The notes: a model not told the origin generated them from the sequence alone. 64,000 nucleotides of DNA from Candidatus Omnitrophota bacterium (GCA_043797125.1 JAZDPX010000045.1:72338-136337), one strand, 5' to 3'. Numbered from the stretch's first letter, positions 1 to 15,000 are shown. A program made the numbers and translations.

Positions 1-3000
1 TGCGTTGAGCACAAGAGGATACCTGCTTCCTGCTGTGTTATCTTTTCCTTCCAGCGTAGGAGCTTTTCCCACAAGCGCATTTACCTTTTCTTCCCTGGTG
101 CGAGTTTCCGCCATAAGCGTTTCTGCTTCCCTGAACATATTATCTAACTCAAACACCTTCTCGTAATGCGCCTTTACCTTATCAAGCCTGGTTTTTATAG
201 TGCTGTCTTGCAAATCGAGCTCTTTGGCCTTTTCAAGCTCGTGGGCTTTTTCAAAATATTCTTTTGCGCGCTTGAAATCTTCTTTGTCGCTTCTTGCCAA
301 TATATTCCAATCCTTATCTTTTAAAAGGGCCTCTGCCGCGTTGACATATGTTGTCTTAAGTTCATTTATTACGGGCTTGCCCTTGCAATGCTTAAAAGCT
401 TCTTCAAGAATCGTTACAGCTTCTGTAAAATGATTTTGTTGCGAATGCTGCTTTGCCTTATCTAAGAAAGCCTGCGCCGCCTTATCTATTATAACCCGGT
501 CCTCGGGTTTTACCTCAAGGGCCTTGCGGAAAAACTCAACAGCTGTATCAAGGTCTTTTGCGTCAAAAGCAGCCGTTCCTTCGTTTAAGCAAATTTTCGC
601 GATCTCATCTTTTAATATGGTGTTATCTGGATATTTTTTAAGCGTTGTTTCAATAATATTTATCTTCCCCCGGGCATCCGGCTCTGTCTCTGCTTTCTCT
701 AAACACTCCTGGATATGGCTGGCTTCTTCAAAAATACCCCCCACCACAGCCTTTAACTTCAAGATGGTTTCGTTGTCTGGCTCTATGCTGTGCAACATTG
801 ACAATATGCAATATTTCATTCGCACTGACGCTTTTTGCTTTTCTTTCTCGCCCTCTTTGCCTGAAATCTCTGAAAGCAAAAGCTCAAGCAGCTCTGCTGA
901 ATGCACATTGCCATATATAGAGCTGATAAATCGCATCGCTTCTTTTAGCTCCATATTCTCAAGGGTTTCTTTAAAGATATTCTCCAGCCTCGCCCTGGCT
1001 TCATCAGTCTTACCCTCCAACAGCTCTGTCGCCGCTAAATAAAAATCTGTCTCCAGCGCAAACTCCTTGCTAAAGCTTCCCTTTTGCGCCTGTTGTATAT
1101 AATATCGCGCCATGTTGTATTGTTCGCTTCTTATCGCTATTGTTATCCTTGCGCAATAACCCAAACATATGTCTTCTTCCTCCGCCGCTTTTGCAACAAG
1201 AAGGCCGCTGTGCTTTATTATTCTTTGTACGTTTTCCTCCCGCGGCGAATACCACTCATACGCCTCCAGCATCCTAACATGCAGCTTAGAAAATTGGCCG
1301 AATTTTTCCGCAATCTTTTCATACATTTCATTGAGCCGCTCATAGTCTTTGGCTTCTTCATAGATATCAAGCGCCTTCCAATACAGAAATTCTTCATCCG
1401 GGTAGGCCTTGATTGCCTCTTTTATCTCTGTTTCCGCTCCTTTATAATCGCCGAGTTCGCGTTTGCAGATTGCGCGCACAAGGCAATGCTGCGCATGAAG
1501 GCGTTTTTTCGTTTCTTCTTTCGATAAATCCAGCTCTATGCCCGGAAGGTCAAAGCTCTTCCTGCCATGGCCAAGCTGCGCAATAAAGCTTCTATCCTTT
1601 CTAAATTTTTCATACAAACTATCTTCTATTTTTCTGAAGCCATGCAAATCCTTATTTAATTTTATCCAGCGCGTCAGTTCCACGTCGTACTTGCCGAATA
1701 TCTGTCTTTGCAATATTCTCAAAAGGTGGTGCGGGTTTTTATGCCATTGGCCGTATTCCGGCCAGGCCTCTTTATCTTCATTTGCTATGGACAACAACGT
1801 CTCCGGCGAGATACGCGCCCGGCCTATCTCCTCAAACTCCTGCGAGCTGTCTTTCCTTGCGCGCACTATAATGGCCGCGTTCTCGCGGTCATAGACAAGT
1901 TCAAGCAGTTTCTGCCGTCCCGGTTCATAGCCTATAAAATAATGGCATAGCTCATGAAATAACGCCACCGGGTTACCTACGAGTTTCTCGTGTAAAACAA
2001 TGAGGTTGCGCTCATCGTTTAAGGCAAAGCCGAAAAGGTCTTTTATTAAATCGGCATAGGCGAAATTATATAAAGCCGGGGTTTCCTCGTAAAAATCCGT
2101 TATTTTAAAAACGAACTGTTTATCTTCCTCAAGCATAAGGCCTGCTTTTTCAACGGAGTCCCTTAGGGCTGTTTTTGGGTCGATTCCGGTCTTATTAAAA
2201 AAGAGCGTGCCTAAACTAACGACTTTTGTCGGCTCGCCTTCAATAATTTCGTCCGCGCCTACCGGCTTGCATATCTCTATCTTCGCCTGGTTTTTATCCG
2301 GTTTTGTGAATTTAAAGGTCTCCAGGATTAGCATCGTCTCCTTTCCTATCCTGCCGGCTATATTATCCGAAGTCGTGGTATCGTATTGCGGGAAGCCCAT
2401 ATTTTCATAATCTTTGCGGTCGATTTTGCTTATGCCCGATACATTGTCTATTCTAATAAATTCAGGCCTATTATCGGCTGGGCGCTGTTGTTCAACGAAT
2501 ATCATTTTTGCAATTTCCTGTAATCGCCCCTCTAAAGCCTGGGCTTTAGTGATGTTGTTTTTTGCAATATATTCTTTCAAATCGTTTTTTATAAGATCGA
2601 TATAGCCCTGTTTAAAATCCGCTGCCGCCTTTGCTGCTGCCGTAAACTGGTCATATTCATTGCGCGCGCCGCCGCCTTCAAGTTCTTTGTGCGTCTTTAT
2701 GCCAAAAATCAGCATTACCTGTTTGCCGTAAACCTTAACAGGCGCGAAAAGAATACGCAAATCCCCGGTCAGCCGGATAGCCCTTGGCACTACAGGTTCT
2801 TCTTTTGCGCCTATGCCGTATTTTATACCTTTGAAACCCGTCCTTTTTTTGCTTTGGATCTTACCAATGTTATTTCCCGTGCTGGAAATTTTTTTCAGAG
2901 CCTTAAAACATGACATTGCCAAGCGTTTATTTTTCTTGTCTATTACCAGACTTTTATATTGCGTCGCCGCTTCATCGTCAATAACCAGCTTGTATTTTGT

Positions 3001-6000
3001 TTCAGCTGTTTTTGCAACATCCGTCAAAGAACGTTCTGTTGCAATATGCTCCAGTATTTTCTTTTTGTTTTTTGTAACGGGCTTCTTTGCGTGTTGTGCG
3101 GTTGGGGTTTCTTCAAGCGCGCCTTTGGAAAAATTACCCACATAGATATCTGTAAGCTTTTCCTGCGCAATAACCTGCTCTTTTCTTATCTTTTCTCTTA
3201 GCTGCGTGTTTTGCTTTGGCAGCAATGCCTCCTGTATGCTTAATAGGAAATAGTGCGTTTTGTATTCTTGCGGCATATTTATAAGCCTGTTATTAAGCCT
3301 TGAGTAATTATCGCCAGCTATTTCTATTTTGCCTATCCCTTTAATTGTAATTGTAGCGCCTCCGCCTTGTTCTTTTTTCTCTACTTCGAATTCTATCTTG
3401 TAATATTTGCATACATATTCCTTTATTTCGTGCAGGAGAGCCAGCGGATATTCAAGGAGATTTTCATGCAGCACCAAGAGTTTATCTTTTGGTTCGGCGT
3501 GCCCAAAATAATCCAATGTTGGATGCTCCGCAGACGGTTTAAAGCTGCAGAATTCAGGCTTATCCTTTTCCGGGATATTTTTAAATAGCTCAAGAAACTT
3601 GCCCCATATTTCCTTGTCGCGTAGCGGGGTTTCTGCAAGCGCCTGGGCTGATCTCATTAATGTCTCAACGCGATTTTTATCAAGCGCTTTAATCTCAACC
3701 TGAGCTAATTCATAAGGCGCAAACCCATACCTTTCCAGTTCTATATCCTGTATGCTCAGGTATCTTTTGCCATTCCTATATATAATCCCCCTGGCGCCGC
3801 CCTTCTTACCGATTCGGGCGGAGGCGGGATTTCCTATTTTTACCTGCGGCTCAATAACAGATGATGTAATGGTTGCTTTCGCGCTGGCTGCTTTTACCTG
3901 GCCGCCTAGGGAATCCAGATAGCGAGGTACATAGCTTTCCGGTATGGTTACGGTAAAGGTTTCCTTTTCGCCTTCGCCATAGCAATCCAGTATTTTAATA
4001 TTTAACAGGTTGGCTATGCCTTGCGTCAGTTTTGATACTGCTTTCTGCTGAGCCCCTGTTAAATGATTATAATTGGTGTAAAGCTTTTCTTTTACATAAA
4101 CAAATTCTCCGCTTTCAAGATAAACACCGTGTAAAAGCACGAGTCCCAATGTATCCATTGCAGCATTTTTCGTAATTATAATCAACTCTTGGGCGTCGCC
4201 GATAAAGCTCGTCAGGCTGTGCTTGTTCTCACCCGCGGATGTGCTGCGTTGGCAATTGCCTTGCCCGCTTGCCCCATAACGGCCTATTTTTAATGTTTCC
4301 TTTAAATCAAAGCCCACTTCTGCGCTCACCGCTTCTTTCGACTTTTGTCTGCTTGTGGGTAATTTTTGTAAAGTCTTAAGTAACCCTATCATATCTGCTG
4401 CGATAATGGATTGGGGCTTATTCTGGCTTTGCAACATTTGATAAAGCGTATTAAGCCCTGTTATAATATCTGCAAGGCTGTTTTCACATCTCTCGTATAG
4501 TTTCCTGACTTCTTGTGCTTGCTCATCTAACGGGCACTGCTCAATAAGCCCTATTTCATCCATTATGCCCATTGCCTGCTTTGATATGCTGTTGTCTTTT
4601 ATTATATTTAACTTGCCCAGCAGCCCTATGGCGCCGTTGCGTTTGTTCTCGTCTAGGTTTTCCTTATCAAATCTTAACTTCTTAAGCTCATTTATGTCCT
4701 TGGAAAGTATGGCTTCTTTTAGCTGTACATCCGCGGCTCCAGCATAAAGATCTTTTAGTTTGTTTTCTAGTTTCTGTATGTCTTCTTCCGAAGCGACGCT
4801 GCTTTCCCTAAAGCTTGCGCTATATTCTCCTATATGGCGTTTATAGTTTTCAAAGTTAGTTTTAAACCATGCATCAAATATGCTAAGATTATCGTCTGGG
4901 GCCTCTGGGCTAGCTGTTTCTTTAAGTTTAGCCAGTTCACTAAATTTATCCCTTACATGATGCGGGGCCTGTTTGAATGCAAGTCTGTGCGAGGCTTTGT
5001 GCTCTATTATGCCTTGTGTTCCTTTTAAAAGGTATACCCTGGCTAGTTCGGTAAGCCTTGTGTAAGCTGCTTCACTTTCTTTGCTGTATGCTTGCCTAAA
5101 ATTAAACAAATCTACAAGAAAATCTGCGTCTGCAAGGGCTTCTGTGGCGTCGGAATGGAGTTTTCTTTTTGTTTTGCTAATTTCGCCTCCTAGCAGATCC
5201 GACAGGGAATCGCAGATAACCTCTTCAATTGATGTTTTGGAAGACGCTTCATCCATGTTGGTTAGATCCAGCCTAGCTATTTTCTGTGGGTCGTCAAGCA
5301 AATCAAGGCTGTGTTTATATTTGGCAATTAGCTCTAATTGATATATAAAAACTTTTGGCTCGCGGGATAGTTTAGAAAATAGGCCAATATAATTACATTT
5401 GTTTTCTATTTCTTGCAGGAGCGTTAGAATAGCGCTTAGTTTGCGCGATGCAGAAACCGTACTTGCGTCGTAATTATCAAATATTGTAGTAAGGTTGTAC
5501 AGATTCGCATCGCCGGGAAACAGTTGATACCACAACATAATTATTTCTAAAAAGTCGTGAATGAATTGTTTTTGCCGCTGGTAATCTCTCTGTTTGTTGA
5601 CTGAAACTAATAGCTTAAGTGTTTTACTTTCTGTTTTTGTCAACAAAGATATGCTCTCTTTCTTAAAACCTAAGCCATTTAAACAGGCCTCTGCCGCCCT
5701 GTAAGCCAGCTTGATACAGTCTTGTCGCGCAAATTGTTCATTCCAAAACCCTAAAAGCAATGCCTGAGAAAAAAGTTTTTGCGCTTTTGCCTTTTCTTTC
5801 TGGCGGGGCGCATCTAATAACTCTTTTAACTTTTTTGGCTCTGTAAAGCGTTTTATAAGCGCGGGAGTATGATTTGTAAAACTTGATAGAGCGAGAATAA
5901 AGTCTGCGTCAATCTTGGCCTCATCATAAGAATCAATAACATCTTCTATGGCATCCTTTGCCTTCTCAAAAAGCTTTGCATGCATCTGCGCTCCAGCAAG

Positions 6001-9000
6001 AATTACGCGTGCCTTAAGCTTGCTACTGCCGGAAATATCGTCTAAAGCCATTCGCGCTTTAAAAATGGTTGCCTCTGCTTCTTCTGTTAACCCTACAAGG
6101 GCCTGGGCAGTAGCAAGCTCTGCCAGCTTGTTAATATAAGAAGCGCGGCTTGTCGCATGCATAACGCCTTGCGCATCCTTAAGTGTGTTGATTGCGTCTT
6201 TTACTAAACCTTTTTCTACCTGCTTGGCAATAAGATTTATAAGCAATTCAAATTTATCGTTAGTATAATGCATTTTATCTATCATGTCCTTTACTTCATC
6301 AAGCAGGCCTGTTTGCATTTTGGCGCTGGCAATATCCGAGATGCTAACTCCGCCTGCGTTATGTTTGTCCATGGTGTATTTTGCATCATCAAAAAAACCT
6401 GCTCGTATCTGGGCCTTAACAAAATAGCCCCAGTGTGTTTCAACGCCATATGCCAAAACGCCCTTTGAATCCAAAAGGCTTTGCGCCTTGGCAAAGCTCT
6501 CTTTCGCTTCCTTTGTCAACCCTATCTGCGCTTGCGCAGCGCCAAGGTTTGCCCAACCTGTAGGCACATCTTCGAAATCAGCTGAATAAACAGGCTCTTC
6601 CTTTATAATATCCTTTGCCTCTTCAAGGGTGCTTTCTGCCTTTTCTGCCAAACCCTCTTTTGCCTGTTTAATAGCAAGCCTTATGAGTAGTGCAAATTTG
6701 CGCGAAGCATTAATAGTTTCATTTATATTATTTTTTGCGTCATCAAAAAGGCCTGTTTCTATTTGCGCGGCAGCAAGGCTCTCATAGCCTTCCTGTTTAA
6801 AAAGGCCTTCTTTGGTTTTAGCTAAAAGGTTTTCTGCTGCAATAATGGTTTTCTTTGCTTCTTCTTTCAAGCCTACTTGGGCTTGGGTAATGGCAAGCTC
6901 CGCAAGATAGCTAATTTTATATGTTATGCCATCGTTTTCTTCTATGGTGGTTTTTACATCATCAAAGGTTTTCTTTGCTTCCTCTTTTAGCCCGGCTTTG
7001 GCCTGAGCAATGGCAAGGTTTGTAAGGGTTTTAATTTTAGCTTCAGGCCTGGCAATTTTGTCAGCAGCAATTTTCAGCTTGCCAAACCAGCAACACGAAG
7101 AGTTGATTAAGGAAAGAATAGAAACGTCTTCAGCGGGGGGGTTCTGTTTATGTTGTATTTTTCGTATAAGCTTTTTATCGCTATCTTTGAATATTTCTCT
7201 CTGAAGGGCCTTTAATAAATAATCTGATTCTTTTGGGTTTTTTAAGGCGATAGACAATGCTTCGCCCGTGATGTTTATTTCGGCTTTCTCTTTTTTGTCG
7301 CTATCCTCTACAACAATCTTATTTTTACCCCAGTGGCTATGTTTAAATTTTATCTTGAGCTTTCCTGCTTTGATAAGATACTTCATAAGTTCATGCCATG
7401 CTGCAATTGGTTCGTCTGCAAAATCTTCGTAAAGAGCAATAAGCCTATGTTCCGGCGAAGCAAAGCTGGTTAAGCCTTTTATAAGTTTGTTGTAAATGTA
7501 AAATTTAGGCTGTGCATATTGAAGCGGCCTGAACATAAAATAGAGCAACCAGTTACGCTCGCTGTCCTTAATTCCCAGCGCATCAATGCCCGCCTGCACC
7601 ATTCTTAAGGGATGATCCATTGTTCTTTGATAAAGGGTAAGGGTGCCTAGCTTTTCACCATACGCACTACCGGGAGCTCTTTCATACACGTCTACCATTG
7701 CTTCGCTCTCGTCATCTTTTATGAATTTTAACTGATTTATTTGTACATATGCCTTTTCCGTGCCAGCTTGTTGTTTTATTGCCTTTGTAAGCTTTTCGTC
7801 TGTTTCCCCCAGCGTCGCCTTGGCAAGGGCACGCAAATAATAATGGGTTTTGTTCTCTGGGTTTTGTCTTAATTTTATATTAAGCCATTCCAGTATAGGG
7901 GCTGGTAATTTTATTTTGGTAATCGACTTTAAAATATACAATTTTGATTTTGCGATAACAAGCGTATCATCCTGCAGTTTAAATTGTATGTTGTTGCTTT
8001 TGCATACATATTCCTCTATTTCATGCAATAGGGCATTGGGGTTGTTGAGAAGGTTTTTATAAAGCAGTATGGTGTTTTGTTCGGGTAAGGCTGTGCCGAA
8101 GGCATCTTCGATGAGGGTGTCGAATGTATAAAGCGCGGGAGGAGATTTCTCGCGCAGTTTGAGGAACATCTCAAGCAATTTCCTGTGCGCGGGCTTGTCT
8201 TTTATTAGGGTTTCAACTGCGGTTATCAGCGCCTTTAGCGTTTCATCGCTCTGAAGCTCTAATTTTACCGGATGCTTATCGCCTTTTAAGTCTTTTATGG
8301 TCGCTGTTTGCCGCGCAAGGTCTATTTCCGTAAACTCGCCGTCTTTGCCGATTTGGGCAACAGGGACAAGTTCTCTTGAGTTTTTGTAATTTTGCTCGGG
8401 CGCATCCAAATCAACCCTTAACACAAACTTGATGAAATCTTTCCCGGGCTGCGTATCCGCTTCTGCGGGGCTTTCAATTATTAAGCCCGCCTCCGCAAGG
8501 CGCTGTTGCTTCTTTAGTTTCGTCGCTTCGCTATCATCTTTTCTCGGCATAAGCAGCCAGTAGCTACCTTGCGCATCCGGGGTTGAGTCAAATATAATCT
8601 TAATGTCCTTTTCATATTTTTCTTTAAACATCTTTGCCGTGCCGCGAATAGACTTAAAAAGTTCTTTCATAAGCGCGCCGGCGGCCTTTCCTTTTTTATG
8701 CAAAACGGCAAAATCGGATATGCATACAATTTCTTCTTCTCTTTCTTTATCATAACCGACATGCGCAATTACATAACCGAGAAGTTTGCCGTCCTTAAAA
8801 TAACCTAAGCTTAAATTTTTCCTTCTTTCACCTTTTAATGCCTCATTATACATAATCCCAAGCAATTCCATTTCTATGCCTGCTATGTGGTTGCCGCCTA
8901 ATGCTATGTCTTTAAAAGCCTTGCTTTCAATATACGATATCTCAAGGAGATCTTCCGGGCTTAACGGTTTAACTCCGTTAAGCTCTTTTGCCGGGGTTGG

Positions 9001-12000
9001 CTTGTAGCTGTCTTCTATGGGAAGAAAGTTTACCGTGCTATCGGCCTTATCGGAATAGACATTAAGGATTTGTGTTAAAAAATAGTTGTCAAGCTTGCCG
9101 TCCAAACTGTGTAAAAATTTGGAATGGCGTGTTCCTACAATTACCTTGCTCTTGTTTATGGGCCTGCCCCTTAGTGTTGTGCCGCGCTCTTCGAAATATT
9201 CTTTGAAAAATTTTATATAAGCTGTTTCTACAATTTTTTCCGCCATTTTATTGCTGGACGCGAAATTTGCGTCTCCTTCTACATTGTCTAATGATATATA
9301 AACTTCTTTTGATATTTTGTCCATAAAGTCGCTGCCGAATAATTTTTCCGCGTCAAAAAGATCTCTTAGTTTTTCTATTGCTTCGTCATACTGGCTTGGG
9401 TTTATACTTGATGGCGCTACGCTTTTTATTATCTCCTCGAGCTCTGATATGCGCCTTGTAATTTCTCTGTCTGCTGTAACTACGCTTGTAGCTAAAATTT
9501 TGTTGTATCTGATTCCGTCTGCACTAGCCGTTTCTTTGGATAAGATTAAAATTTGTGAGTTTGGGTTAAAAATATAATGGGTATTCTTACCCGAGCTAAG
9601 CGACATGCAGTTAGATAATTCGCTGCCTGTCATGATTGTGTCCGGGTCGGATTTTCGCATTAGGCTTATTGTGTAGCGCGGTAAGATAAGGCCGCATCCC
9701 TTGAGTTCTTCAACGCCAAATTTTGCGTTTTTGGTTTGATCAACAATAGTGCCAAAAGTGGTCTGCCCTTTTTGAAGCAGGGTAAGTATTTTATTAATGC
9801 CGTTTGCGGTCCCGTTGGTCTGGGTTTTATAATCATCCGACTCCTGCTTTTGCTTAAAATATTTTACTAAAACTTCTCTTAATATGCCCTCTTCTGCACC
9901 ATAGCTTGCTAAACGTTGCAATAAAGAACCGCCTTTTATTGTCTTTATTTCTGTATCCACGTCGCTAATATCTATTGTGGTTGAAAGCGGCTGTAGTACC
10001 TGCAGGTGGTCGTATTTGCCAAGGATCAAGCCTAAAAGCAGCTCTTCGGCGCCAATATCAACGTATTCTAACTCTAAAAGCCGGCTGATTTTTTTGATAT
10101 GATTTGACAGCGGGACATTTGTATCTTCGAGATCCAGAAATTCTCTTGGATCCAATATCATTTTTTCTATGGTCTTTGAATACCCGCTTTTTACTGCCTG
10201 GTGAGTAAGCAGTTTATGATAATAAGCATAGATTTTTCTCCCGTCCTCTGTCCCGGAGAAACGATATAAATTAAGCGCTTTTTCGAGATCATTTGCCCCT
10301 ATTATGCTTATCAGCATCTCCAATCTTTGAAACTGCTCCCAGCTTTCAAGGAATCTGTTTTTTTCTAACAGCTCTATTTTCAGCTCTTTAAATGCTTGGT
10401 TGTCTAGCTCTATAGATCTTATTTCCTCTCTCCAGTTTCCATGTTTTTCTTTCAGGTCGCAAGCTGCTTTAACTATTTGCCAAAACTGAACATGGCTCGG
10501 GGGGGCATTATTGCCCGGGCTTGATTCACTCGCAACCTGTATAAATACATTGTTAATAAATAGGGTTTTCTCGCTCTTTTTCTTCTTGTCTTCTTGTTTG
10601 TCTTCCAGCGCGTTCATAAAAAGTTCTATATGTTCAAAAATCGATTGGTGGTTGTTATCGAGAAGCATAATATCCATGGCTCTCTTTTTATCTCTAGAGT
10701 CTATATATTGCAGCAGCCTTTGCGCCGGGATTGTTTGCATGCCGCGCATGAAACTTTCTATTGATGCCGTAAAATTGCTAAGCTCTCTTGGCAGTCGTTT
10801 TATAACAATCTCAAGGAACCTCTTAAGGTTGGATTTTTCGAAGCGCTGCCCTAACTCCAAAAGGCCCGGGACGGCTTCCTTTGCTTGGGCGCCATACATC
10901 TTCGGCATTTCCTCCGTTAATAATTGCTCTGTTTGCTCTATGCTTGCGCCGGCTTTAATCATTTTTATTACTAAGTCGCAAACATTAATCCCGTATTTAC
11001 ACGAAGGCAGTTTGATAAACAATAGCTCTATTAATTTCGATGCTGCCGGATCGCTGCTTGCCAGGTTTATTGCTTTATTAATTTCCCGGCTTAAATCGTC
11101 TTGCCCGGGGCCTTTTTCGCAGGTAACGCTGCTATATTCATGCGGCAGCCAGCGCGTCAACATTAACTCTATTGTATTCGTCGCTCCAAAATCATCAAGC
11201 TGTTGTTTTAGCGCTGAACGGATTTTGCTTATCTGCTCTGAACCCGCTATATTGCCTAAAATCTTTATTGTTTCCAATGAAGTGCTTTTATCCGCAGATG
11301 CAAAATTCTCCAGGCACTCTTGGATAGCGCTTATGCTCACGCCTGTTTTTAGCATCTGCAATATAGCGTTTAGTATCTCGTGAGAATTGTTGTCGTATTT
11401 TAGGAACACTTTAAACAGTAACGGGTCTATTGTTTTAGCTTTTGCCTTTTCTTCGCTCGCTTTGCCTGTTAATGCGTTAAGGTGGTTTCTCAGCTCAGTA
11501 ACTATTTTCGCGATTGCATCTGATTCTGCCAGTTCTTCTATCAATTCTATTGTTTTGGCGGTTGTATCCAGGTGGGGATTCGGCGTTTCCAATAAAAATT
11601 CTGCCGTGCTTTCGAAACTGAATCCTGCCTCCGATATAATGCTCCCTGCGGCTTTTGCTATTCTATAGAAGTTTTTGCCGTACAGCTTCGGCAGCTTAAA
11701 TAACAGGAAATCTATTACTTTTGTTTTCGCTTCTTCTTCGCCAAGCCGGGTGCTCAATTTTGCGCTGATTTTATCAATTATATCTAATGCCGCTATTTGT
11801 TCCAGTAGTGGCGCTGTTTCATACGCGCTAACGTGGTCGTAAAAGGGCATCTCAGATAATATTAGCTCCGTTGTTTTCGCCTTTGCTTTTTCTTCGCCAA
11901 TTAGCTTGCCCAATTTTTCCGCTATTTTGTTGATTACGCCTGAGCCTGTTATTTCTCCCAGGCCTTCTGCAACTTCGTATGCGTACACATGCGCGCGCAT

Positions 12001-15000
12001 CGCTACGTCACTCGTTTCGTTGCGGCCTGAGGGGCCCTGGAATTGCCGGCATAGGGGGTCGGTTTGGAGCCTAAAAAATAACAGCTCTGCTAATTTTGCC
12101 CTTGCTTCCTTCTCGCTAACCAACCAGTTTAATTTTGTCGCTATTTTATCTATTATGTCTGAACTCGCTATTTTTTCCAAAGTCTCTACGGCATCGGCAA
12201 ACCTGTCGGCATAATCATAATTATCCGGCATCTGGAAAAATAATAAATCAATGACCCTGGCTATTGTCTTGCTGCTGCCTGTTGGCTTCAGTTTTTCTAT
12301 CTTGTCCGCTATTTTATATATTGCCCCACTGTCTAGGATTTTATTAAATTTTTGCACCTTTCCGTATGTGCCTTGGTTTTCGAGGAACAAATTTTTAACT
12401 TTAGTTATTTCTGCTCCGCGCCACACCAGCCCGGCCGCTGCTTTAGCTGCCTCAACAGGAATCTCTCTGTATTTAAGCGGTATCTCACAAAATAACAGCA
12501 TTATCAGCGCCTTGGCGTCTTCGTCTCCTTTTTCATACGCAAAAGGGGTATCAGAACAAGGCAGTGTTGTTAGGTCTGTTTTGTCGCGCGGGGATATTAA
12601 TCCGTAGCGCTTTATTTCCGATTCTGCGATTCTACTTACCGATTTTGCGAGGCGTTCATTGCCTTTAAGGCCTATAGTAAAAATTGTTTTAATCTCTTCA
12701 AACCTGACTCCCAGTTTTATAAGCTGTAATATTGTTTCTCCAATTTTTATTTCGTCCATTAGCGCGTAACGTTGCACGAGTTCAGACCATGCCGTTTCGT
12801 ATGCATACGACCACCCATACTCTGTGTCTTTGTCGTTACCTATAAGGCCTATGGCCCTAAAGGCCTTATCTTTATTCATAGAATAATCTGGCAGACTCGC
12901 TTCTTCCGGGGCTTCTTCCGCGGGTATTGTCCTGTTTATATCGTGATACAACAAAACAAGGTCATATATAAACAACGACTCTACCGCCCCTTTGCTTATA
13001 TTCTCTTTTGCCGCGTCTTTCGCGGCTGATACTATTTTATCGGCTACCCCGCTTTTAATTAAACCGACCGCTCGTATCCCAGCTTGCTCTATAATACGGG
13101 CTGCGAGAGATGTGTTTCCCCGGCATTGTATGGGCCATTTTTCTCCGATTGCGCGTTCAATAATTTCTATATCAATGCCTCCTTTTGCCATAATCGCTGC
13201 TGCTTTTATGGCGCCGATCATATAATAGCAAAGGTCGGCATTGTTATATTGTTGAGGGATCGTATCCATTAATAAGCTGCGTATTTTGTCTATGCCTATT
13301 CTGCTCTCAGCCATCGCTACTGCTGTGGTTGCTGCCATATCTGCCGTTAGCATATCTTGATACCGCAGTGGGATCTCTTTTGTTAACAATTTTTTAGCCT
13401 CTTCGGCGTTAACACCGCAATCTGCCATACGCCCTGCGAGGCCCCTTGTCTCGATGCTTGCTGCGATATCAGCTACTAATCGATATTCCTCTTTTTTATC
13501 AACAGGCCTTTGGTCTGGCAGATATTCTTTTATCCAAGAGGGCGCTTTTGCCTTGGAGAAATTTCCTGCGTATAGGATGTTTGCTTTCTGCCAATTGTTA
13601 AATTTGGACGCAATTTTTGTTATTTTGTCGATGCGCGAACCTCTATCTACTAATTCCGCGTATCCTAAATTTTCGATTAGTTTGGGCATTAATGTTTCCT
13701 GGTTAGAAAACGCAAGATACGGCATAGTTTCTGCAATAAGCTCTGCCGCCAAAATATCCATCATCCCCGGGCCCATATCTTTTCTTGTGCTTCCTCTATA
13801 ACTATAGCTAAGGCAGGAACATGCCTGCTCAAGCAGAAATAGCTTAAGTTCATCATCTTCTAACCGGCGAAGGGAATTTTTGCAAAGCCACAAGCCGATT
13901 TCTCTTTCCCTGGGACCAGGGTTATCAGAGCCGCGCGTGTTGTATGTTAATAACGGTTTCACCATTTCAAAGAGTTCTTCCATTGTTGTTTGGTCATTAA
14001 TATGCGGAAGAATTTGTTTAAGGACATATGCGCCTCTGGGCACGCTCACATCCCCTTCCTCTGTTTTTGCCAAAACATCTTCGTTTCTTGTCTGTGAATA
14101 ATATACCCTTAGCCCTTTCTTTACCCCGCCGAGGAAATCCCGCTTAATGGCTTCGTTGTGCCTGTCCAGCGCTTTGGCAATAATTCTTATCATATTTGTA
14201 TAATAGATTTTGTTCATCTCGCCCGGAGAAAATATTTTATGCATAATTTCATCCAATATTTTTCTTTTGCCCTCTGCCCCAAAGCGAGAAATTATATCGT
14301 AAATCAGATCATAATCTTCCTCTTCGAGAGCTCTTGCATCAAGCAATATATCCCAGATGTCTTCGATTATAACCTGATTGTTTTCTGCAAGTAAATTTTT
14401 AACATCATTTTTGCTTTTTGTCGGGGCGTTTCCCGGTAATATTTTCAAAAATCGTAACAGTTTTGTTTTTAGGCTGGTCTGGTTATTGACACACCTAAAA
14501 ACATCCTTTGCCTCTTGCGCGTTCCTTTCCAGGTACCATTTAAACTCAAGCCAGGACATGTCTTCTTTAATGCCGGCTAGTATTTTTAGTTTTGCAGCGT
14601 GCCTGTTGATGTCTTCTTTGTCGTAATAATATATGCTGGGGCCGATGAAATGCTGGTTTGCTAAAATATAATCTCCAAACGTATATTTATCCAGTATGTG
14701 AACGAGCCTGACCGGGCCTATCCCGGGGGTGTTTTCGATTTTTATTTCGTCAATTTGTTTGCCGCGATATTCTGCTGTTTCTTCTTCCGCGCCTCTCGGG
14801 AAAAACATCGCCTTTTCTTCCAGCCGTTTAAGCAGGGCCTGGTTGTGTGCGATGTCTTTATGCTCAAGTTTTGGGGCCAAAATATGCTTTGCTTCTTCAA
14901 GCAAAAGGCGCGCTATATCTGTATCATCGATGTCTGCGCTGAGAAGCAGATTTTGCCCAATCCATATTGCCCTATCGTCTTTTCTGCTAACGCCTCGCCT

